Shown: in pieces, positions 15,789 through 26,532 of the stretch | How the letters are laid out: every line of letters starts with the position of its first letter | Numbering within the stretch: the first letter of the stretch is position 1 | Source of the DNA: Acaryochloris marina MBIC11017 | GTDB taxonomy: Bacteria; Cyanobacteriota; Cyanobacteriia; Thermosynechococcales; Thermosynechococcaceae | Direction: 5' to 3' | NCBI RefSeq assembly: GCF_000018105.1 | Contig: NC_009925.1 | Location: forward strand, 660,001 to 692,000 | Length of the DNA stretch: 32,000 nucleotides | Notes under the pieces: generated by a model | Told to the model about the DNA's origin: nothing | The model's input: the letters and a program-made list of their open reading frames with translations, nothing else | Database searches by the model: none | Made by a program: the position numbers and the translations under genes

Positions 15789-17215
15789 GAGACTGCCCTT
15801 TTAGAATCAAATAGTTCAATTTTTCGGAGGTTGGGAAGGCTAATGGCGGTAAACATCAGGGTGCGGCTGCAGGTAATGGCTGTAAACATACTGACAGCAA
15901 CGCCAATGCCCAAGGTGACGGCAAATCCTCTCACCAGTCCCGACCCCAACCAATACAGCACGCCACAGGCAATCAGCGTGGTGACGTTGCTATCGAGAAT
16001 ACTAGTGAAGGCGCGATAAAATCCGGATTCGATGGAGCGATAGAGGGTTTTCCCAGACCGCAATTCTTCCCGAGTGCGCTCAAAAATAAGGATATTGGCA
16101 TCCACGGCCATACCGATACTGAGGATAAATCCCGCGATTCCCGGCAAAGTCAGGGTAACGCCAAACAAGACATAACAGGCAAACGTGAGAAGACCATAAA
16201 CGCAAAGGGCTACGTCTGCGATCAAACCAGGCAGACGGTACCACACTCCCATAAAGATCAGCACCAGAATCAGCCCACCAATCCCGGCATAGACACTTTG
16301 ACGGATACTGTCCTGACCCAGGGTAGCTCCCACGGTGCGAATCTCTTCGACTTTAACGGGTACGGGGAGGGAGCCGCCTTTGAGCTGATTGGCTAATAAC
16401 TTGGCATCTTCTAGCTCAAAGTTGCCCGTGATAATGGCAGCACCACCCGTAATACCATTGGCCTTAAATCGGTCGCTGACGGTGGCTTGACTAATGGATT
16501 TCCCGTCTAGAAAAATTCCTAAGGGCTGACCCGTACCCGCTAGACTTTTCGTGAGGGCCGCAAATTTTTTGCCGCCATCGACATCAAACCGAAGGGTGAC
16601 ATCCCATTTATTCGGTTGAGATTGGGAAATGGCATACCCCGCATCGTTGAGGTCTTCTCCCGTTAAGTCCGTTTTGACAAAGAACTGATCTTGTAGCTCA
16701 GTCAGCTGCTTTTGTTTCTGCTGGACTTCTCCCTGGAGCTTTGCGAGGGCGGCGGCATCACCAGCCTTTTCTGCTTCGGGTAGCTTCTGTAACAATCGCT
16801 GTAGTTCACTGCTACGGACATTGACTTGCGCCAAGATGGCATTGTTGGGACGCCGAAAATCGAGCTGGGCAACTTGGCTAAGCAATTGTTCAGCGTCTTT
16901 GGGATCGCTAACGCCAGGAAGCTGAACGAGAATTTGCTGGCTACCCACAGTCTGGACCACGATTTCCGAAACCCCTTCAGGGTTTAGGCGATTGGCCACC
17001 ACGGTTTGCACCGCTTCCATCACGTTGGGGGTGATGTCTTTCACTTCTTCCGTCGGGTTAACCTGAAGGGTGAGTTGAGACCCGCCCCTAAGGTCTAGTC
17101 CCAGATTGATCTTGCCCAGACCATACTGCTTGCCAAACGGGGTGACGACGATTAATGCCCCCACCACTAATAGGGCAATGAGAGCTAGTAAAAAGCGTTG
17201 TTGTTTAAGCACCAC
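15785..17215 (-). CDS. secD: Protein translocase subunit SecD
   Basis: Contains [16 protein letters not shown] and [18 protein letters not shown]. The track start at 17305 would overlap pdhB by 59 nt. A GTG at 17215 or 17212 ([16 protein letters not shown]...) is more plausible. Confidence 0.9.
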
Positions 17216-17246
17216 ACTGCTCCAAAGGAAAAAGTAAAAATGGAAT

Positions 17247-18230
17247 TTAGACCTGAAGAGCCGTAATCTGCTGAACCGCTTCCACAATTTGAGGCGGCTG
17301 CACAATCGTTAGACTCTCTAACATGCCGTTATACGGCGTCGGAATATCTTGAGAAGAGAGCCGCACCACTGGGGCATCCAGCTCATCAAAAAATCGATCA
17401 TTAATAGAGGCGATAATTTCAGCACCCACACCCCCAGTCCGCATACATTCTTCTACGACAATGACGCGATGGGTTTTGCGAATGGAGGCTCCAATCGTAT
17501 CGAAATCGAGGGGCTTGAGGGAGATTAAATCAATAATCTCAGGATCATAACCTTGCTCCGTTAGGGTTTTAGCGGCCTGCACGACATGGTGACGCATCCG
17601 AGAATAGGTGAGGATGGTGACATCTTTACCTGAGCGAACCACCTCGGCCTTGTCTAAAGGCAGGACGTATTCTTGGTCGGGCAATTCTTCCTTCAGGTTA
17701 TAGAGCAGGACATGCTCAAAGAAGAGAACTGGGTTGGGGTCACGGATGGCGGCTTTAAGCAATCCTTTGGCGTTGTAGGGGGTAGAACAAGCCACAATTT
17801 TAAGGCCAGGCACGGCTTGGAAATAGGCCTCTAGGCGCTGGGAGTGCTCTGCCCCCAATTGACGACCCACACCCCCCGGTCCGCGAATCACCATGGGGAT
17901 TTTGAAGTTGCCGCCGGATGTGTAGCGCAACATACCGGCATTATTGGCAATTTGGTTAAAGGCTAGGAGCAAAAAGCCCATATTCATGCCTTCAATGATC
18001 GGCTTCAGGCCGGTCATGGCAGCCCCAACGGCCATGCCCGTAAAGCTATTTTCTGCAATCGGGGTGTCGAGGACGCGCAGCTCTCCGTACTTGTCATACA
18101 AGCCTTTTGTGACTTTGTAGGAGCCACCATAGTGGCCCACGTCTTCTCCCATCACCATGACGGTGTTGTCATTAGCCATTTCTTCGTCAATGGCGTCACG
18201 GAGGGCGTTAAATAACAGTACTTCAGCCAT
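17247..18230 (-). CDS. pdhB: Pyruvate dehydrogenase E1 component, beta subunit
   Basis: 327 aa: [58 protein letters not shown]. The layout is the typical transketolase-like Pyr plus C-terminal domains. Confidence 0.92.
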   Translation of the reverse strand: MAEVLLFNALRDAIDEEMANDNTVMVMGEDVGHYGGSYKVTKGLYDKYGELRVLDTPIAENSFTGMAVGAAMTGLKPIIEGMNMGFLLLAFNQIANNAGMLRYTSGGNFKIPMVIRGPGGVGRQLGAEHSQRLEAYFQAVPGLKIVACSTPYNAKGLLKAAIRDPNPVLFFEHVLLYNLKEELPDQEYVLPLDKAEVVRSGKDVTILTYSRMRHHVVQAAKTLTEQGYDPEIIDLISLKPLDFDTIGASIRKTHRVIVVEECMRTGGVGAEIIASINDRFFDELDAPVVRLSSQDIPTPYNGMLESLTIVQPPQIVEAVQQITALQV

Positions 18231-18335
18231 AATGCGTTAGCGATACACTATTGGATACGTTAGCAGAAGACGGTCCTCCAACCCTAGTGTCAATCGAGAG
18301 TCCTGATTTTAAGCCGCTTCTTAGGAACTTATCTG

Positions 18336-19745
18336 TTATTTCAGGGAGGGATTGAGGGCTTTAACCCGCTGATTGACCTTTTTAATATAGCCATCAATAT
18401 CGCATTTGCGTTTGAGGCCGCTAGCGGCCATATAGCGAACGGTGCCAAATATAGGACGTTCCCGCCAGCCCCGATCATGGACACCAAATACCCAGGCCAC
18501 GCCCGTGTAGGAATTGGCGTCGCGGCCATCGATAAAGTATTTGTTGTTGAGGTCCAAGGCGGTTTGGAAGGCCAACTCTGGGGTCTCAGTCCATTCAATA
18601 ATCTTTTTACCCCAATACATGCGCATGTAGTTATGCATATAGCCCGTATGCTTCATTTCCCTCATGGCGGCATTCCAATAGGGGTCTTCGGTGCGAGATT
18701 CATCCAGCTGTTCTAGGGAATAACAGGGCGTTCTGGGATCGTGACGATGGTTGTCTAAGGTCGTTTTGGCCCAGTTGGGGAGACAACTATAGGCATCGTA
18801 GTCAGGGGTGTAGTAGGCAAAGTTCATGGCCAGCTCCCGCCGCACAATCAGCTCTTCGATATAGGTATCAACGTTGTCACGAGGAACATTGCCCATGGAT
18901 TGAATCTGCAGGGCCAAATACAGGGGAGAGATTTGGCCAAAGTGCAGATATTGGCTCATATAAGAGACATCATCCGTTTGGGGCTGATTGCGATGATCGG
19001 CGTAGATGGCAAAAGATTTTTGCAGAAATTTCTCCAGGATTTCCTTAGCCCGAGTCGTACCGCCTTGGAACAGGGAACTGACGGGGGGCACGCTGCAGTC
19101 TAAAGGCAGCTTAGCTAGAACAGCCTCAATATTGCTGAGATCTAAAGACTTTAGATCTAGATGGAGGGAGGAGTGTTGAACTGGGGTTGAGGCAAAGGGA
19201 ACCAGAAAGCGATCTAAGTGACGATGGATGCGAGGACGGATGGTGCGGGCAGCATAATCGGCTTTGACGGAGGCGGTTTCTACAGGCACCACCACTTCCG
19301 ATTCCACTTGCACCACTTGGCAGGGAGCATTCTGAGCGACATTGTCCCGCCACTGGCGTTGGAAACGAAGATAGCCGCGATCGCAAACCACCAACGAAGC
19401 ATCTTTCCCTAACTCCAAGGCAATTTGATCCGGATTGCCGTAGCGCATTACAAACTTGATGCCCCGTTGAATCAGCGCTTGCTCCGTATCCTGCAAGCCT
19501 TCCAACATAAAGGTGTAATGGCGCAGATTGGAACCGGGATAATCGGCCATCAGGCCAAAGCAAACCACCACAGGCTGTTGAAGATCATTGGCCCGCTGAA
19601 TGGCATATTCCAAGGCATGATTGTATTCGGCCCGCTGAGACTGCTGCATCCAGTACAGAACATAACCACCGGGCTGTACGTCCTGTTTATTCAGGATCTG
19701 GATGCGTTCTTCCTCAATCAGCGAATTTGCCATTTCTTCTATCAT
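18336..19745 (-). CDS. phr: Class II CPD deoxyribodipyrimidine photolyase
   Basis: 469 aa. YVLYWMQQSQRAEYNHAL, YLHFGQISP, MHNYMRMYWGKKIIEW and GRDANSYTGVAWVFGVHDRGW match the class II photolyase pattern. Confidence 0.88.
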   Translation of the reverse strand: MIEEMANSLIEEERIQILNKQDVQPGGYVLYWMQQSQRAEYNHALEYAIQRANDLQQPVVVCFGLMADYPGSNLRHYTFMLEGLQDTEQALIQRGIKFVMRYGNPDQIALELGKDASLVVCDRGYLRFQRQWRDNVAQNAPCQVVQVESEVVVPVETASVKADYAARTIRPRIHRHLDRFLVPFASTPVQHSSLHLDLKSLDLSNIEAVLAKLPLDCSVPPVSSLFQGGTTRAKEILEKFLQKSFAIYADHRNQPQTDDVSYMSQYLHFGQISPLYLALQIQSMGNVPRDNVDTYIEELIVRRELAMNFAYYTPDYDAYSCLPNWAKTTLDNHRHDPRTPCYSLEQLDESRTEDPYWNAAMREMKHTGYMHNYMRMYWGKKIIEWTETPELAFQTALDLNNKYFIDGRDANSYTGVAWVFGVHDRGWRERPIFGTVRYMAASGLKRKCDIDGYIKKVNQRVKALNPSLK

Positions 19746-20052
19746 TGCTCTGCCTTATTTGTGATAACGCAGAATTCAGATGAAGATCTATGGGGACGTC
19801 ACCTCTTAGATGAGCATTTCTTTCAGTTTGATGAGTGGAAGGCTCTATGGCCCTTAATTGGGTTGGGATAATTGATAGGTGTAATAGGTGGAAAACCATT
19901 CAATAGGTGCAATATTGATTGCACTCCCAATTATCCCAGTGTTTCAACGTTTAGTAGCCCTATGGTTGCCGCAGTCATTACTTTGGAGATTGGGTGTGAA
20001 AAAATAGGAGAGACACTTCATGATCAAGAAGGAGTGACAATAAGCAGGTTAG

Positions 20053-20820
20053 ATGGATACCTACGCCATTTTTAAACAAACGCAATCCCAACGAGTCAGT
20101 GATGGTGCGGTGGTGCCTCTCTTATCCAACTGTGAGAAGGCAAGCTTAACCCTGGTCCTGGTCTGGCCGCAGCTAGGGGATTTTGACAGCTTGGAATATG
20201 CCTGGTGGCTGCAGCGACAGGCTAAGCAGATTCAAGCTAAAGGCGTGCAAATTCGAGCGGTGGGTATTGGCGATCTCAACTCAGGACAGAAATTTTGTGA
20301 CTTCACCGGATTTCCTGCCAAGCATTTATTCATAGATGCCACGGGCCAACTCCACCAACAGCTCAACCTGTATCCAGGACTGACTTGGAAGGTGCCGTTC
20401 TTATCCCCGCTTCAGAATGCGTACCTGAATTTATTGCTGATGTGTGCCGGGATTGGCAGTCCTGGAACATTGGTGGAAGTGTTTCGAGGCTATCGGGGAG
20501 ATCGCAATGCCCCCCAACTCATTGCCGAGGATGAAGAAGTCAGAGCATTCCCTCTGCCGCCCGTAAACGGTGCCTTATTTAACCGGGCAGGAGGAAAAGG
20601 ATTTCAGCGTCCCTTTGAGCTGGCAACCCTTCGCCTCCGCAATATGGCTGAAGTATTGAAGTATTGGAAAACCTATGTGCCGGATGCCACCTACATTACC
20701 CAACGGGGCGGTACATTCCTGTTTGATCAACAGGGGCAATTGGTGTATGAGCATCGAGATCGCGGCATACTAGGATTTGCCGCTAATATGAGCAATCCCC
20801 TGGCGTTTCTGTTGAAGTGA
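20053..20820 (+). CDS. Peroxiredoxin-like (AhpC/TSA-related) family protein
   Basis: 255 aa. LVLVWPQLGDFDSLEYAWWL..., IRAVGIGD and FCDFTGFP are typical of the cyanobacterial/plant AhpC/TSA-like family that lacks the canonical CxxC. Confidence 0.65.
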   Translation: MDTYAIFKQTQSQRVSDGAVVPLLSNCEKASLTLVLVWPQLGDFDSLEYAWWLQRQAKQIQAKGVQIRAVGIGDLNSGQKFCDFTGFPAKHLFIDATGQLHQQLNLYPGLTWKVPFLSPLQNAYLNLLLMCAGIGSPGTLVEVFRGYRGDRNAPQLIAEDEEVRAFPLPPVNGALFNRAGGKGFQRPFELATLRLRNMAEVLKYWKTYVPDATYITQRGGTFLFDQQGQLVYEHRDRGILGFAANMSNPLAFLLK

Positions 20821-21620
20821 CCTCAAATTATATTCATGGTTATTCTGCCGCTGAACAGCAGCGGTTGTTACAGCAGTCCCAGTACTGGCAAGACCGTTTG
20901 ATTTGTCCAGGCTTAGACTATCAACCCGGCGATCGAGTATTAGAAATTGGCTGTGCCGTCGGTACAACCTTGGGAATATTGGCAACCCAATTCCCCGGCA
21001 TAGAAGTGGCTGGCCTGGACCGCGAATCGAATCAAATTCAACAAGCTCGCCAATACTTGTCCTCTATAAACGTTCCTGTCGATTTACAAGTGGGTGAAGC
21101 GGAGAATTTACCCTGGCCTAACGACCACTTCAACCATGTCTACATCATGTGGCTATTGGAACATGTGGTAGAGCCTTTGCCCATTCTTCTAGAAGCCCAA
21201 CGGGTGTTGGAAACGGGCGGTACCATCACCCTGATAGAAACTGATTACACTAGCCATGTGGTCTATCCTCAATCGGAGGATTATGACTATCTGGCTCACG
21301 CCCAATGTCAGCTTTTTTCTCAAACAGGTAATCCTTTAGTTGGGCGTCAACTCGGATCTTTGCTGGTTCAAGCTGGATTTGCTGGAGTTCAAAACCAGCC
21401 CGTCGGATTTCATGTTTTCCAAGGCATGCCTGATCAAGCCCTACGCCAGCATGTTGAGTATTGCTTAGGTTTTTTAGAACCAATGATTCCTCAGATGGTG
21501 CAACTTGATCTGGATGAGCAACGGCTACTGGAGGGACTGGCTCATTTACAGGCTATTCCTGATCATCCTGAAGGGGCAATGACGACCATAGTCTATCGGG
21601 CTCAGGCCCGAAAAAAATGA
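20817..21620 (+). CDS. Class I SAM-dependent methyltransferase
   Basis: Motif I is VLEIGCAVGT. The GTG start overlaps the upstream stop (GTGA). Confidence 0.8.
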   Translation: MTSNYIHGYSAAEQQRLLQQSQYWQDRLICPGLDYQPGDRVLEIGCAVGTTLGILATQFPGIEVAGLDRESNQIQQARQYLSSINVPVDLQVGEAENLPWPNDHFNHVYIMWLLEHVVEPLPILLEAQRVLETGGTITLIETDYTSHVVYPQSEDYDYLAHAQCQLFSQTGNPLVGRQLGSLLVQAGFAGVQNQPVGFHVFQGMPDQALRQHVEYCLGFLEPMIPQMVQLDLDEQRLLEGLAHLQAIPDHPEGAMTTIVYRAQARKK

Positions 21621-21630
21621 ACTGAGGTAA

Positions 21631-22767
21631 GTGCAAGTGGCCCGTTTAAAACAGCAAGTTCTCTTTTCTCTGATTGGCTTGAGTACCCTATTAGGGAGTC
21701 CTCCGTTTTCAGCTGTTTCTCAAGAGCCAAGACCGACTCAACTGGGGAAGCAGCTACAGCAACAGGTCCAAGATTGTGTAGGGAATTCCCCTACAGCGAA
21801 AACATCTACCCAGCGTTATCAAACCTGCATCACTCAGCTGATATTGCTAGATGCCAAGGGCAACCGACGTCCAGATGCATCTCAACGCTTATTGGCACTC
21901 TTTGAGGCTATGGGAATTGCCATTCCCAAACGTCAACGCCAGGGCCAAACGACTTTAGCCTTAGAGTCCTTACCCAGAAGCAACTGCTTCAGCCTTCCAG
22001 TTCAAATCAAGGGATACACGGGGCAATTTCTACTGGATACAGGAGCAACCCATACCGTCATTAATACGACCTTGGGCGAGCAATTGGGGTTGCCCCTACA
22101 GGACTATCCATCCAACTTGACCCAAGGCTTAGCCTTTGGAAACGAAAGAAAAACTCAGGTGGGTATCTATCCAGCCTTGACCTTGAGCATCAAGGACGCC
22201 TCCGTCCAGCAAATTCATCCCTTGGGGATGGCGAAACAGTCTATCCTCCACGATTTATCTGGAATCCTGGGGCTAGACTTTCTCAGTCAATTTGACATGG
22301 TGATTGACCCCCAGCAGCGTCAGATTCAATTACTCCCACCGACTTCCCCAACAGAGGGAATTCCCTTAACAGGTAAAGGAGGTTGGCTGACGGTTCAAGT
22401 ACTAATTAACGGCCAAGGCCCTTTTACCTTTGCTTTAGATACGGGAGCGACCCAAACCATTCTGTCTCCTCAGGTGGCGGCCCAATTAGCTCTCTCTCCC
22501 ACCGCTAAACCGGTTCAATTACAGGGATTACTGGGGATAGAGGCAGCTCAACCGATTCAACTCGATACGGTTCAGATTGGCCCCCATCAAACGACCCAGC
22601 TTGACGCCCTAATTATTGCCAGTCCTCTAATTGATCGGATGCAGGTAGACGGTCTAATTGGCCAAAATTTTCTCAACCAATATCAGCAGCATTGGCGCTT
22701 TGGCCCCCAAAATGCCCTAGGGATGGTCGAGCAAGGGACTTTAAACCTTTCTCCCCTCAAGCGATAA
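21631..22767 (+). CDS. Secreted retropepsin-like aspartyl protease with two catalytic halves
   Basis: It has an N-terminal signal-like segment and two DTGA motifs, LLDTGATHTVI and ALDTGATQTIL. Confidence 0.75.
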   Translation: MQVARLKQQVLFSLIGLSTLLGSPPFSAVSQEPRPTQLGKQLQQQVQDCVGNSPTAKTSTQRYQTCITQLILLDAKGNRRPDASQRLLALFEAMGIAIPKRQRQGQTTLALESLPRSNCFSLPVQIKGYTGQFLLDTGATHTVINTTLGEQLGLPLQDYPSNLTQGLAFGNERKTQVGIYPALTLSIKDASVQQIHPLGMAKQSILHDLSGILGLDFLSQFDMVIDPQQRQIQLLPPTSPTEGIPLTGKGGWLTVQVLINGQGPFTFALDTGATQTILSPQVAAQLALSPTAKPVQLQGLLGIEAAQPIQLDTVQIGPHQTTQLDALIIASPLIDRMQVDGLIGQNFLNQYQQHWRFGPQNALGMVEQGTLNLSPLKR

Positions 22768-22791
22768 GTTCAGAAAGCTATAAGTTCGGGG

Positions 22792-23502
22792 CTAGCTGGT
22801 CCAAGCCGGATGGGACAACAAAGCATTAAGCACCTGAACCCCCCGCAGCTGGTTAGACAGGGGTAGATGACCTCTAGGCGCACTCAGATCCCAGGTGAAT
22901 TCATCGGGCCAACGGGTCCAATTCCGCCCCGAGCGCCAATTAATCTTGGGCCAGAGGACATCCCAATTACGACCGACACTAAGCCATAGCTGCCGTTGAA
23001 CGCTATAGCCGAATTTCCCTTCTGAATGCACTAACCACAGCTGGTTAATGGTTTGCAAATCAGGAATCGGATATTGCTCAACTTCCGTGAAATAGATCCA
23101 CTTTCGTTTGATGGCGGCTGGCCCTGATAGCTCACAGAGCTTACTTAGGGTTAAGTCATCGGCTGCTTGGAAGGATTGTTTAGCTAGTAAACGCTGGAGC
23201 GGTAAGTAGTCAATATTTTGTTCGGAGCGAAGGGGAACAACACCCGACTCAAAATGCTCCTGCAAAAAGCTTTGGACTGCTGGTACCTCTGTTCCTAACA
23301 GCAGTTCATAACAGCGACCATCAATAAAAGTAGAGGGTTCCTGCTGGCGAGAGAGTAAAAAGTTCTGCAAGATGGCATAACCTGCTTCCCCCTGAGCCAA
23401 AATGTCTGGCATCACCTGGAGCTGTATCTTTTCTGAGCCAGTGTTGAGTTGCGACTCCAACTCAGCAATATCAGGCGGTTGCGATTGAGCAGATGCGTCC
23501 AT
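22792..23502 (-). CDS. gun4: GUN4 (Mg-chelatase regulator, porphyrin-binding)
   Basis: IDYLPLQ, LCELSGPAA, WIYFTEVEQ, FGYSVQRQLWL and WDLSAPRGHLPLSNQLRGVQV closely parallel Synechocystis Gun4 as I remember it. Confidence 0.88.
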   Translation of the reverse strand: MDASAQSQPPDIAELESQLNTGSEKIQLQVMPDILAQGEAGYAILQNFLLSRQQEPSTFIDGRCYELLLGTEVPAVQSFLQEHFESGVVPLRSEQNIDYLPLQRLLAKQSFQAADDLTLSKLCELSGPAAIKRKWIYFTEVEQYPIPDLQTINQLWLVHSEGKFGYSVQRQLWLSVGRNWDVLWPKINWRSGRNWTRWPDEFTWDLSAPRGHLPLSNQLRGVQVLNALLSHPAWTS

Positions 23503-23609
23503 AAAGTTGTAGCGAATTTATCCTGTATCTTAAGCTATCAAACCCTGGGGGGGTCTGACGAGGAAAATCCTGTTGTTCTTTTCCATCCAGGCCATACATC
23601 CGTCTAAAG

Positions 23610-25598
23610 TTACGCTTCAGAATCTCCATCAGTATTGGGGGATTGGAGTGCAGAGATCACTCGGTAAACGTCCACCCGTTCGACTTTCCCTTTCAGGGCT
23701 AAGGTTCCCCAGTTCTCGACTTCAAACTGATTGTCTAAGTACTCAAGGGTTTCTTTGGCAATCAATACCCGGCACGAGGAGCTTTGGCGTTGCTTATCTA
23801 AGCTTTCCAGGCGGGAGGCGGTATTGACGCTATCCCCAATCACGCCATATTCTAAGCGAGTTTTACTACCCAAACTTCCTACCACCACCGATCCGGTAAA
23901 GATACCAGCCCGCATCTGAACGGCGGGTAACCCGCTTTTTTGCCATTGGGGGTTGAGTTCGTCCAGGCGTTTGCCCATATCTAACGCACAGGCTACGGCA
24001 TTTTGGGTGTCTTTTGCGATCGCAGCTTGTTCTTCATGGGCAATCGGTGCACCAAAGACGGCCATCACCCCATCCCCCGTAAATTTATTAATCACTCCAT
24101 GATGGGCTTGCACACTCTGAGTCATGGCTTCTAAGTATTCATTGAGCCATTCCAGCAGCTGTTCTGGAGACATTTTTTCCGAAATAGTGCTAAACCCCTT
24201 TAAATCCGTAAACAAGAGGGTGGCCGTGATTCTCTGGCCTGTGAGCTTGCCATCTTCTAAAAGCTCATCGCGTCGTTGCCAGAGGGTCTCAGCAATTTCG
24301 GGGGAAGTACTTTGACCCAACAGTTTCATCACCATCTTCTGTTGCCGCTGAGCCTGCTGGGCATTGTAAATCACCACAATGCCCGTTGCGCCGACAAACG
24401 CGAGGAAAGGAGGGACCAAGGGAATCCAAATTTGCTGTGCGAACAGGATTCGACAGACGCTATACAGGACAATTAAGGCGATGCCGCTGCCCAGCACCAA
24501 GCCCATCGGATGACGAACGCCCCAGGCCAGTAGGCTCCCGATCAGCGCCCAACCCAAAATCCAAACCATTTCCCCCGGTTCTGGCCAGACGGAAATCAGG
24601 TTGCGGGTGCCGTCTGCTGCATCTAGGAATTGACTGACCATTTGGGCATGGATCACCACCCCTGGCATGGTTTGCTGATCGTCAAGGCTAGAACTATAGG
24701 GCGTATGGAATAGATCTTTGCCGCTTTCTGCCGTCGTACCGATTAGGATGATACGGTCTTTAATCAAATTAGAATCTACCTGGCCGGCTAACACCTGAGA
24801 CAGGCTGACCTGCTCTACACTCTCGTGGGCAGATCGATAGTTAATTAAAATCTGATAGCCTCGGGTATCCGCATTGATATAAGAGCCATCATTGCTTTGC
24901 AGCGGCCAAAATACCGTTGGACCAATTTGTAGGACATTTGGGTCAACCTCGCTGGGTTTATCTTCTTTGCCGTCATCCTTGAGGTACCGGAGGGCCATCC
25001 TTAGGGCAAAGGATGGAAAATAGTCCTCTTGATAGAGCAAATTCCGACGGACAACTCCACCCGAATCAACGACAGTATCGTTGAATCCGACCTGTGCTTC
25101 TGGTACGCCATCGGGAGGAGGGATACTAGCTTCATCCTCAGATCCGAATTTAGTAATCACAACCACTCGGTCAGACCCCTTCATCTGTTGAATGAGTTGG
25201 GCATGGCCGTTAGTTTGGGTCGATTCTTTGAGATTGGGAATGGGAAGATTACGCCAAATATCTAGACCGATAACTCGGGGCCGGTGGGTTTGTAGTTTTT
25301 TGAAGGCATCAGCCAGTACGCTGTCAGGAATGGGCCACTGGCCGATGGATTGAATGTCCGCTTCGGTGATTCCGACAACGAGGAGTCTTGAATCTTGACC
25401 CAAGTCGGGTTGGGCTTGAACAAAGTGATCATATGCGGACAGTTCCAGGGACTGGAGCCCTTCAACCCGCAGGAAACCGATTTGCCAGCGGGTGACTTGC
25501 CGAATTCCTAGAACGCCACCGCTCACGGCGAGTCCGGCAAGGAGAGCGATGGCGAGATTCGGCCAACGAGATCGGAGTTGATGGAAAAACTGAGCCAA
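23610..25598 (-). CDS. CHASE2-sensor class III adenylate/guanylate cyclase
   Basis: 662 aa. The order is an N-terminal TM segment, a periplasmic CHASE2-like region, three TM helices, then the cyclase domain (TLLFTDLKGFSTISE..., KFTGDGVMAVFGAP, GVIGDSVNTASRLES). Confidence 0.88.
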   Translation of the reverse strand: MAQFFHQLRSRWPNLAIALLAGLAVSGGVLGIRQVTRWQIGFLRVEGLQSLELSAYDHFVQAQPDLGQDSRLLVVGITEADIQSIGQWPIPDSVLADAFKKLQTHRPRVIGLDIWRNLPIPNLKESTQTNGHAQLIQQMKGSDRVVVITKFGSEDEASIPPPDGVPEAQVGFNDTVVDSGGVVRRNLLYQEDYFPSFALRMALRYLKDDGKEDKPSEVDPNVLQIGPTVFWPLQSNDGSYINADTRGYQILINYRSAHESVEQVSLSQVLAGQVDSNLIKDRIILIGTTAESGKDLFHTPYSSSLDDQQTMPGVVIHAQMVSQFLDAADGTRNLISVWPEPGEMVWILGWALIGSLLAWGVRHPMGLVLGSGIALIVLYSVCRILFAQQIWIPLVPPFLAFVGATGIVVIYNAQQAQRQQKMVMKLLGQSTSPEIAETLWQRRDELLEDGKLTGQRITATLLFTDLKGFSTISEKMSPEQLLEWLNEYLEAMTQSVQAHHGVINKFTGDGVMAVFGAPIAHEEQAAIAKDTQNAVACALDMGKRLDELNPQWQKSGLPAVQMRAGIFTGSVVVGSLGSKTRLEYGVIGDSVNTASRLESLDKQRQSSSCRVLIAKETLEYLDNQFEVENWGTLALKGKVERVDVYRVISALQSPNTDGDSEA

Positions 25599-25663
25599 GA
25601 TGCCAAAAAATCATGGGGTTGCGGTATGAGTATAGTGTAGAGCGATAGTCCTGATGAATTAAT

Positions 25664-26173
25664 ATGGCCGACTATTTGATCGCAACCTTAAGCGATCGCA
25701 TCCAAGCAGAAGAAGTCCATTTAGCCTTGCAAGAGATCGGATTATCGGAACCCAATCTTAGTCTGTTTGGCAAAGGTTACAAGACAGGCGAGGACTGTAA
25801 AGACTTTGACCCTGCCTTGATTAAGAAGCGGCAAATGCAGCGCATGATGATTTTTTTGCTACCCCTAGGATTTGTAGGGGGCATTATTTTCTATCAGGCG
25901 GTCCGTTTGGATGTCCTACCTAGCTTGGGTTTTTTCGCCAATGCTGTGATTGGAGGGTTCTTGGGAGCTGCTTCTGGTGCATTAGGGGGATACGTCACCG
26001 GTGGTGGTCTATCCTTGATGTTGGATAAAGCGGTTCCCTATGCAGAGCAAATCGAATCCGGCACCTTTCTGGTAGTGGTTCGAGATGCAGAAGATCTAAA
26101 AATGCGCCAAGCGAACCGCGTTTTCAGAATCCTTAACATTGATAATGTTGCCTATTACGAGCGACCAGACTAA
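25664..26173 (+). CDS. Hypothetical membrane protein
   Basis: 169 aa. Two soluble segments flank glycine-rich hydrophobic helices (GGFLGAASGALGGYVTGGG). I recognise no motif. Confidence 0.5.
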   Translation: MADYLIATLSDRIQAEEVHLALQEIGLSEPNLSLFGKGYKTGEDCKDFDPALIKKRQMQRMMIFLLPLGFVGGIIFYQAVRLDVLPSLGFFANAVIGGFLGAASGALGGYVTGGGLSLMLDKAVPYAEQIESGTFLVVVRDAEDLKMRQANRVFRILNIDNVAYYERPD

Positions 26174-26532
26174 ACTACTTACGACAGAATAAACAGCAAG
26201 TGGAACGGTGCAGTCATTATTTTACGTAGGGAAAGGTTAGACTGCCTGAGATATAGGCTTGAGTGGTTAACTAAATCGTTTTAGGGCTTTAGAGAGGAAA
26301 GCACTTTTCTAAGGAAAAGCTTTAGCGTTGTTTTTATCTCTAGGCTTATTCTAAATCTCTGTGCCGAACATATTTATCAGTCTATAGATGTATCCAAGAA
26401 TGGGCATTAAAAAATATTGCCCAATGTCTTTTATAGTTTTTTTTGTTAGAATGCAAAAAGGCTGAAATTTATATCTATTTATACAGTACTGATATAACCT
26501 TTATTCCTTATTGAAAATTATAGAAAAATTGT

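Noticed and set aside
17216-17305. N-terminal extension of secD ([30 protein letters not shown])
   Set aside because: It overlaps the 3' end of pdhB and looks like non-coding read-through. The signal-anchor helix starts right after the GTG at 17215.
18241-18275. Repeated CGTTAGC / GATAC words between pdhB and the photolyase gene
   Set aside because: These are short permuted direct repeats with no palindromic or tandem structure, so they are probably chance.
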